From: an uncultured Thermoplasmata archaeon
Lineage (GTDB): Archaea; Thermoplasmatota; Thermoplasmata; Halarchaeoplasmatales; Halarchaeoplasmataceae
DNA length: 64,000 nucleotides
Direction: 5' to 3'
Assembly: GCA_964602715.1 (NCBI GenBank)
Contig: CAZRSB010000004.1
Coordinates: 1,109-65,108, forward strand
The translations under genes and the position numbers were made by a program. Below, piece after piece: positions 57,309 through 64,000 of the stretch; position 1 is the stretch's first letter, and every line of letters starts with the position of its first letter. The notes beneath the pieces were generated by a model. That model was given only the letters and a program-made list of their open reading frames with translations, was not told where the DNA came from and did no database searches.

Positions 57309-58589
57309 ATGAAGTTGAAAAAGACATATGCATTCTTGGTAATTTTAGCAGCCCTTGGGATCATTTGTGGCTATATCTTTAGAAGTTGGATTTTTTTTAG
57401 TTTGACGATATCATCTTTGTCGCTCTTCGTTGTATCAGCAAGAGTTATGCCTCCTAGAAAGCTACTTCTTACTGTTTCAAGGACACCAAGCGAACGAAGA
57501 AAAGAGATTTACGTTGGCGACGAAATGGAGATCACGATAACAGTAGAAAACGATAAGAGGAGACCTTTACTACTTGAAGTCCAGGATATGCTTCCCCCCC
57601 TTGTTGAAATTATAGAAGGATCGAATCATGCTGTGATGAAACTTGACAAACAAGAAAAAAAAGAATTGAATTATAAAATTTCTTGTCCCGTATCAGGAAA
57701 GATCGATATAGGTCCAGTAAGAGTAAGATGTTTAGATCCCTTAGATTTCTTTTCAAAAGAAGAGACTTACCAGAAAGAACTGTTTTTAAGAGTGCTTCCA
57801 AGGACGCAAGAGATGATAAGTGTTCAGATCAATCCAAGCTATACAAAACATTGGTTGGGAGATATCAAATCCAAAAATATAGGCGTTGGTAGCGAGTTTT
57901 TTTCATTAAGAGAGTATCATCCTGGTGATGAACTAAGAAAAATAAATTGGAAAGCTACAGCACGGCAGCTTGATCCTATCAGTAACGAATATGAAGGTGA
58001 AAAATCTGGGGACGTGATATTGGTTGTTGATGGATATAAAACGGGGATATCAGGAAATCAAAAATCAAATACACTGAGAGCCTCAATCGATGCAGCTGCT
58101 TCTCTAGCCTCCACTATTCTCTCCGCTAGGAACAGAGTCGGGCTTATAGTTTCAGGAGAATATCTAAATTGGGTATATCCAGGAACTGGTAAGAATCACT
58201 ATCATAAGATAATGGCGAATCTTACCCAATTTGAGAAAGGAGGTGCATGGGATCTAGAAGGAGTAAGAGGCCTCTTAGAGGATTTTTTCCCCAGAAAGAG
58301 TCTGATAATTTTTATTTCACCACTCAATGTCCTAGAATTCACTGAAACTATCATAGATCTGTCAAGGAAGGAATATGATGTACTCGTTATTTCCCCCGAT
58401 CCCTTTAAAATTGAAAAAGAGATTATCGATGACTATGACGAGATAGCTGAAAGTTTATACGTTACTGAGAGAGAAAACATCAAAGAAGCTCTCTGGAGAG
58501 CAGGGACTATGGTAGTGGATTGGGATCCCAATGAACCACTTGAGCCAGCTTTAGAGGAGGTGTTAAGATTCAAAGAAAGAAGAAGATGA
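57309..58589 (+). CDS. DUF58 (vWA-like) domain protein
   Basis: EFFSLREYHPGDELRKINWKATAR, VILVVDG, NRVGL, FISPL. Confidence 0.9.
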   Translation: MKLKKTYAFLVILAALGIICGYIFRSWIFFSLTISSLSLFVVSARVMPPRKLLLTVSRTPSERRKEIYVGDEMEITITVENDKRRPLLLEVQDMLPPLVEIIEGSNHAVMKLDKQEKKELNYKISCPVSGKIDIGPVRVRCLDPLDFFSKEETYQKELFLRVLPRTQEMISVQINPSYTKHWLGDIKSKNIGVGSEFFSLREYHPGDELRKINWKATARQLDPISNEYEGEKSGDVILVVDGYKTGISGNQKSNTLRASIDAAASLASTILSARNRVGLIVSGEYLNWVYPGTGKNHYHKIMANLTQFEKGGAWDLEGVRGLLEDFFPRKSLIIFISPLNVLEFTETIIDLSRKEYDVLVISPDPFKIEKEIIDDYDEIAESLYVTERENIKEALWRAGTMVVDWDPNEPLEPALEEVLRFKERRR

Positions 58590-59140
58590 TCTTCTCGGTG
58601 ATTATTATACTAATTGCTTTATTAGCTAGCTTTGCTTCACTTCATTCAATATATTGGTTCTTACCAGTTATTTTTGGAGTAACGCTCGCTATAGGTTACA
58701 ACACAAAAAGATCATCCGTGGTAGATGTAAGTTTGATTTTGCTGTTTTTTTCCTTCCTTTTCCTGAATCAGGATTTGAGTAGGGACATACCAAATTTAAT
58801 ACTCAGCGTAGGATTTATATTTTTATTTTTTGGAATCTGGTTTTTCACAAAATTTCTTTTATATTACGATAGAGTTGAAAGAACTTCTAGAGTCTCTTCA
58901 AAAGGAAAACAAACAAGTGTTTTCACCCGGTCCGCAAAGAACTACATGTTTTACGGTATAATTTTAAATACTTTTATCGGAGCGATCATATCTGCAATCG
59001 CTACTTTACTGGGTTCCTATAGTTCATTGAGAGGTATAATGGGAGGTAGGTTAGAGACAACATTGATGATATTATTTACATTCATTTTATTTTCGATAAT
59101 ATTTCTCATGGTTCATATATTGATGTCAAGCGACGATTAG
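58586..59140 (+). CDS. Integral membrane protein
   Basis: Five or six TM segments; overlaps the DUF58 stop. Confidence 0.65.
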   Translation: MIFSVIIILIALLASFASLHSIYWFLPVIFGVTLAIGYNTKRSSVVDVSLILLFFSFLFLNQDLSRDIPNLILSVGFIFLFFGIWFFTKFLLYYDRVERTSRVSSKGKQTSVFTRSAKNYMFYGIILNTFIGAIISAIATLLGSYSSLRGIMGGRLETTLMILFTFILFSIIFLMVHILMSSDD

Positions 59141-59157
59141 AAATGTTGATATTGTAA

Positions 59158-60387
59158 TTACGACTTACTTTCTATCAGGTCAGCCAGTAAATATACGTGT
59201 TCAGCAGCTTTGATCTTTACTTCTTTTCTTTTTCCGAGTAAATTGGAAGTTTCGTCTTTAAGCACTATCACTTTATAATTATCTAATCTTCCTTTAAGCG
59301 ATGTGCCTTTACCTCTTTCTAGTATAGTTGCCCAAGCTTTTCTGCCAACGTAATCATCGTTCAAATCTCTACTTATTTTAAAACGTAATTCTGTCATCTC
59401 TTTAGATCTTCTTTTCTTTTCCTGAGATTCTACTTTCTCCTTCATTTCTGCTGCTCTCGTTCCTTTCCTTGGACTGAATCTTGTAACGTTTATTATATCA
59501 GGTTTGATACTAGTTAAAGCTTCTTTCGTCATTGAAAAATCTTCTTCAGTTTCTCCTGGAAAACCTACTATTATATCTGTAGAAAGGGTAAGATCTGGAA
59601 ATTGCTTTCTGAATTCTTCAGCTGTTTCGATCCACTCTCTTACACTATAACTTCTGTTCATCTTTTCCAAAACATCATCTGACCCAGATTGCAGTGGAAG
59701 ATGTATGAATTTATAGATCCTATCATCTTTCATTATATCTTTAAGATCATCTTTTATAGACGCTAAACCGTCAATGTTCATCATACCCAAACGTATCCTG
59801 TAATCACCTTTAACCTCGAGAAGAGTTTTCAATAGTTCGATCAGATCGGTAGATCTATCTTTACCATATATAGCCATATCTTGCGAGGTCAATCTTATCT
59901 CCCTAGTAGATTGTTTTACTAATCCTTTGAATCTCTCTTTTATTTTATCGATAGGCCTGCTTTGGATTTTTCCTCTAGCCGATTTAGTTATGCAATATGT
60001 ACAGGAGCCTTTGCATCCAGATGCTATAGGAATTGTACCTACAAAAGGACTTTCTTCATCTTTCTTAGGACAAGTAGACAGATCCACCTGCTCAGGATTA
60101 ATGAAACTAACATTAGAATATTTACTTTGCAGCTCTTTTTTTCTAATTGAAGCAAGACAACCTGCTATTATCACCTCAGAAGTCTTTTGAGTGAGCTCTT
60201 TTACTCTTCTCCTCATCCTTTCTTCGGTTTTTTTTATGACCACGCAGGTGCCAAGAAGTGAGATATCAGCATCCTCTAAATTTTCAACTTGGATATGACC
60301 ATTGTCTTCCATAAACTCCGCTAACATCCCGGTTTCTCCCTGGTTCATCGTACAACCGTAGGATTCAACATAAAACTTCTTGGTCAT
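59158..60387 (-). CDS. MiaB-like radical SAM tRNA methylthiotransferase (probably archaeal MtaB type)
   Basis: ESYGCTMN UPF0004 domain, GCKGSCTYC, HLPLQSGSD, IIVGFPGETEEDF, C-terminal TRAM-like domain. Confidence 0.9.
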   Translation of the reverse strand: MTKKFYVESYGCTMNQGETGMLAEFMEDNGHIQVENLEDADISLLGTCVVIKKTEERMRRRVKELTQKTSEVIIAGCLASIRKKELQSKYSNVSFINPEQVDLSTCPKKDEESPFVGTIPIASGCKGSCTYCITKSARGKIQSRPIDKIKERFKGLVKQSTREIRLTSQDMAIYGKDRSTDLIELLKTLLEVKGDYRIRLGMMNIDGLASIKDDLKDIMKDDRIYKFIHLPLQSGSDDVLEKMNRSYSVREWIETAEEFRKQFPDLTLSTDIIVGFPGETEEDFSMTKEALTSIKPDIINVTRFSPRKGTRAAEMKEKVESQEKKRRSKEMTELRFKISRDLNDDYVGRKAWATILERGKGTSLKGRLDNYKVIVLKDETSNLLGKRKEVKIKAAEHVYLLADLIESKS

Positions 60388-60444
60388 GGATTTACAATGG
60401 TAGGTAGGATATATTTTATGTTTTGCCTCCTGTGACCCCATAGA

Positions 60445-60792
60445 TTACTCTTCGGCCATCATCTCTTCCATCTTTTTTTCCATAAGATCTCTGAGTTTTT
60501 TGTTCATCTTTTTTTGCATCTCCGGAGGGATCAATTCAAAACCCATCTCAGCACTGGTCTTGGCCAGCATGGCATAGGCATAGGTCTCCTTCATCTTCGC
60601 TTCCATGAGAACTTTGACGTGTTCTTTGAATTCGGCTTTTAACTCTTCATTTTCATCGAGTCTTTTTCTGATATGCCTTTTTATTTCGTCTTTTATGAGT
60701 TCCTCTACAGCCTCTACTATCAGTGTCTCAGTGTTGATTAGATCTTCCCCTCCTTTCAATATTGAGTCTAAGGTCCTATCTGCTCGGTTCAA
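60445..60792 (-). CDS. Hypothetical helical protein
   Basis: Charged helical ORF directly upstream of the methylthiotransferase; TTG start. Confidence 0.65.
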   Translation of the reverse strand: MNRADRTLDSILKGGEDLINTETLIVEAVEELIKDEIKRHIRKRLDENEELKAEFKEHVKVLMEAKMKETYAYAMLAKTSAEMGFELIPPEMQKKMNKKLRDLMEKKMEEMMAEE

Positions 60793-60916
60793 GTTATCAC
60801 TCTTCTAATGTATTCTAAAGATTAAAAGTATTAGTGTTTATCCCTTATCTAGTCTGAAAATGATAACAAAAAATATAACTCTTCTTATCATTAACAAATA
60901 TGAGAACAGGATAAGT

Positions 60917-61567
60917 ATGGAGAAAAAAGAAGTTATCCTTTCACTCGAAAAAGACCTATGGGAAAAACTTAAGGTCAAGTCTCTCAAAGAAGAAACTGCT
61001 ATTCAGGAACTAATATTAGAAGCTGTTATTAATTATCATCGATTCGAAGACCAAGAAGAAAGTCTATCGAAAATGATCAGATTTAGAGAGCTGGATAGAG
61101 AAATAGTTGATACGGTATATGAAAACGTGAATAAAGATAAAGAAACAGTCAGGGATATAACTTTAGAAGCTCTCAAATATCTAAGAAGTCAATCAGATGG
61201 GGGCCCATCAAATTTTTTGAGTAAGTTACCTCATACTAGAGAAGTACTTGAATTTGGAAGACTGGAAGAGGATGAGGAACAACTCGTTCTAAACAAAATA
61301 TATGATTCTGATATTGAAAGACCGAAGATCTGCGGAAAAATACTTTTAGAGACGCTCAACCATCTAAAAATGTATGGTGAAGCAAAAAAAGAAGATGTTT
61401 TGAATCATGTTTATTCTGAATCTGAATATAGTGACGAATATGAAGAAAAAGAGTGGTTTTCTTTAGCTTTGATAGGATTAGAACTGATGAAAGAGGAAGG
61501 AATAGTAAAGACTTTAGGGTCTGATCATTTCGAATATATCGGCCCCGATAAAGAACCAAGGATATGA
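60917..61567 (+). CDS. Ribbon-helix-helix N-terminus plus duplicated winged-helix-like domain
   Basis: VILSLEKDLWEKLKVKSLKEETAIQELILEAV (RHH pattern); repeats ITLEALKYLRSQS and ILLETLNHLKMYG. Confidence 0.6.
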   Translation: MEKKEVILSLEKDLWEKLKVKSLKEETAIQELILEAVINYHRFEDQEESLSKMIRFRELDREIVDTVYENVNKDKETVRDITLEALKYLRSQSDGGPSNFLSKLPHTREVLEFGRLEEDEEQLVLNKIYDSDIERPKICGKILLETLNHLKMYGEAKKEDVLNHVYSESEYSDEYEEKEWFSLALIGLELMKEEGIVKTLGSDHFEYIGPDKEPRI

Positions 61568-62640
61568 TTGATATGATCAATAAAAATAAAGGTTTCAAAG
61601 CTGTTGATAAAAGACAAAAACCTATCAGGTTTTCTAATGTGCAAATCATCATACCCGCCGGGGAAAAAAGAACTGAAAATGAAAGATACTATCAAGATGA
61701 AAATTGGGTAACAGCAGATCTCACATTAACAGAGGATGAGCTTACCATAAGACATGAGAGCAGAAAAGATTTTACTATTGCTCTATCTAATATTTATTAT
61801 ATCGACAGAAAAATAAGATTCACAAAGGCGAACTCACTAAATGTACTAAATTTCAATTATTCTGCCTCTGATGGAAGATATCTAGCTCTTATAAAGACCC
61901 CTTCTAAAAAGAGACTAAAAAAATATATGTTGAGATACATGATAAAAAATACAAAATTATTGTATATGTCCAACTTGGGTTCAAGAAGTTTCTCAGAAAA
62001 AAAGTGGCGCAGAGGAATATTCCATCTAGATAGTTCACCGGCTAATTCGATAATAATATATGACATAGATAACGATCAATCGGTAAGTGAGATAAATAAA
62101 GAATCTATATTTCGTCTAGAAAGATGTGAAATTAATGGTGAAGAGAGTCTAAGAGTCGATTACTGGAATGACAGTAAACATAGATGCGATCTGCTCTTAC
62201 CTTCAGAGATTTCTATCACTAATCTAGAAGAGTTCTTTAATTTTGGTTATCTAAAAATTAGAAAAAAGAAATTTTCGTTACATACTAAGGAAAAAATTCT
62301 TTTGGACGTATTGAGTGATCTGGAGAAAAGAAATCAAGATGAATATCCCACTCTCTCTGATTGCAAAGAACTTATAGGAAAAGATGAACTCAACCATTCT
62401 AAATTGGTAGAGAATACATTTCAACTAAATAAAAAAGGAGCTATAGAAACTATAGATGTAACCTTTGAATTGACTAATAGCGGCAAAAAAGCATTAGAAG
62501 ATGATCTGATAGAAAAATCTGAGGAAGTGGAGAAAGAATATGAGGATGTTCCTAACTCACGCAGGGACGAGATCGAAAAGAAAAAAGAGACAATCAAAGA
62601 AAGATTAAAAGAGTTCAGAAAACGCCGAAATAGCAAGTGA
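61564..62640 (+). CDS. Possible CheF-like protein (two PH-like halves plus C-terminal wHTH)
   Basis: NWVTADLTLTEDELTI...FTIALSNI; second half KKWRRGIFHL; C-terminal TKEKILLDVL...FELTNSGKKAL. Similarity to archaeal CheF judged by eye. Confidence 0.45.
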   Translation: MIDMINKNKGFKAVDKRQKPIRFSNVQIIIPAGEKRTENERYYQDENWVTADLTLTEDELTIRHESRKDFTIALSNIYYIDRKIRFTKANSLNVLNFNYSASDGRYLALIKTPSKKRLKKYMLRYMIKNTKLLYMSNLGSRSFSEKKWRRGIFHLDSSPANSIIIYDIDNDQSVSEINKESIFRLERCEINGEESLRVDYWNDSKHRCDLLLPSEISITNLEEFFNFGYLKIRKKKFSLHTKEKILLDVLSDLEKRNQDEYPTLSDCKELIGKDELNHSKLVENTFQLNKKGAIETIDVTFELTNSGKKALEDDLIEKSEEVEKEYEDVPNSRRDEIEKKKETIKERLKEFRKRRNSK

Positions 62641-62688
62641 TATAATAAGGGTAAAATCATAAATAATACAGTCATTCTAGGTCTATTC

Positions 62689-63513
62689 ATGAAGGTCACC
62701 ATCGCCCAAAAAGAACACAAAATAGGAAAGAAAGATAAAAATTTAGAAATTATACAAAAAACAGCGAAAAAAATAGATACGGATCTTTTGATTTTTCCTG
62801 AGATGTTCCTCACTGGTTATACCTTAAGGGATAGATTATGGTATGAGAGCGAACCTGTACCAGGACCTTCTTCGGAGAAGATTTCATCCATAGCTTCTAA
62901 GAATGACATGAACATAATATTTGGTATGCCAGAAAAGAGTATAAAAGACGGAAGACTCAGGAACTCAGCTATCCTTACAACTTCTGAAGGAAAAATCCAT
63001 ACGTATCGAAAATCATATCTTCCCAATTTTGGGCCGTTCGAGGATAAAAGATATTTCCACTCAGATGATGAAATTCCTGTTTTTGACACAAATTTTGGAC
63101 GAGTTGGAATAGTTATTTGTTATGATGTGTTCTTTCCAGAATTGACTAAAGCTATATCTCAAAAAGGAGCTGATTACATAGTAGTAATATCTGCTTCTCC
63201 TTCAGTCACTAGAGAATATTTTGAATCTATATTGCCTGCTAGAGCTATCGAAACTACCTCTTACATATTGTACTCAAATTTAGTTGGAAGAGAAGAGAGT
63301 ATGTTTTTCTGGGGAGGTGCGGAAATCATATCTCCTAAGGGCAGAAGCATAGCAAAGGCAGGATATTTCGAAGAAGAACTGCTTGAAAAAGAATTAAGGG
63401 AATGTGAGATAGAAAAAGCAAGGAGAGGACGACCTGTTATTGGAGATACGCGACCGGAAATGATGTACAGAGCTGCCGATAGCACTATCATGGATGAAAA
63501 CAACACAAATTAA
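62689..63513 (+). CDS. Carbon-nitrogen hydrolase (nitrilase family)
   Basis: Catalytic triad motifs FPEMF, YRK, ICYD; FFWGG. Confidence 0.92.
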   Translation: MKVTIAQKEHKIGKKDKNLEIIQKTAKKIDTDLLIFPEMFLTGYTLRDRLWYESEPVPGPSSEKISSIASKNDMNIIFGMPEKSIKDGRLRNSAILTTSEGKIHTYRKSYLPNFGPFEDKRYFHSDDEIPVFDTNFGRVGIVICYDVFFPELTKAISQKGADYIVVISASPSVTREYFESILPARAIETTSYILYSNLVGREESMFFWGGAEIISPKGRSIAKAGYFEEELLEKELRECEIEKARRGRPVIGDTRPEMMYRAADSTIMDENNTN

Positions 63514-63929
63514 AATACAAAATTCATCACAAGTAAAATAGCCATCATGAAGATTATATATCTTACTGAATCATTTATATTGACCTGTGAAAATAAACTT
63601 TTTATCCATCCTGAAGGTATACCTTTCACTTTCTTTATAAAAAGATAACCTCCCAAAAGAGAACAAAAAATCAGGACAGCCTCAAAACTAACTATCGCAG
63701 ACAATTCCACATTTGAGGTTAGAAGACCAGATGTTTCACCGAGGACCGCTTCAGAAGCGGGATCGACCACATTAGCTACGAATAGAGATGTTGTCATTCC
63801 TCCAAATAAGGTCAATCCAGCCAAAACAACTAGCGGTGCCATCATACCCTCAGTCAGCTCATTTTTGATCTCGAGATCTTTTTTTGAAGATAACAAAAAT
63901 ATACGAATAATAGAGGCAGATATCAACAC
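63510..63929 (-). CDS. Membrane protein, unknown function
   Basis: Three hydrophobic segments; start uncertain (GTG at 63929 or the MMAP codons). Confidence 0.55.
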   Translation of the reverse strand: MLISASIIRIFLLSSKKDLEIKNELTEGMMAPLVVLAGLTLFGGMTTSLFVANVVDPASEAVLGETSGLLTSNVELSAIVSFEAVLIFCSLLGGYLFIKKVKGIPSGWIKSLFSQVNINDSVRYIIFMMAILLVMNFVF

Positions 63930-64000
63930 AAAAGTAGATAGTACTACAATATATAGAGTAATGTTTTCTATTGAAGAAAGAACAGCCCATTTACTGTAAA

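Noticed and set aside
1-64000. tRNA, rRNA, CRISPR arrays, and Sec/Pyl read-through or programmed frameshifts
   Set aside because: No cloverleaf with GTTCRA T-loop, no regularly spaced repeats and no split ORF pairs seen. tRNAscan-SE, Infernal and CRISPRCasFinder would be needed to exclude them formally.

Overview
Gene-dense, AT-rich archaeal chromosomal segment. Archaeal evidence: rpl1-rpl10(P0)-rpl12, aIF5A, Alba, CDP-archaeol synthase, an archaellin, TTTA(T/A)ATA boxes and GGAGG/GGTG ribosome-binding sites. The DUF835 fusion, wHTH-STAND-TPR proteins and very acidic proteins suggest a salt-adapted Thermoplasmatota lineage (inference, no database search). Most genes are housekeeping or peptide catabolism: trkAH, htpX, sppA, tldD/pmbA, purD, pyrE, carS, pepF, ftsZ, lpdA, an MtaB-like enzyme and thiolase plus acyl-CoA synthetase. 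I found no tRNA, rRNA, CRISPR array, integrase or transposase. Most notable: (1) a 1334-aa IleRS paralogue lacking HIGH, KMSKS and editing motifs, fused to HhH, an acidic linker and DUF835; (2) a ~70-aa module inserted in frame three times in two unrelated proteins; (3) a tandem pair of STAND NTPase-TPR genes; (4) a Zn-ribbon/Mrr-like/CFI-box-CTERM protein with an altered nuclease motif; (5) an L1-binding-site-like rpl1 leader and a two-hairpin archaellin leader; (6) a GC-shifted four-gene ABC cassette; (7) an N-terminally truncated Alba, a CTG-start acetyltransferase and a DUF58 cluster missing its MoxR gene.
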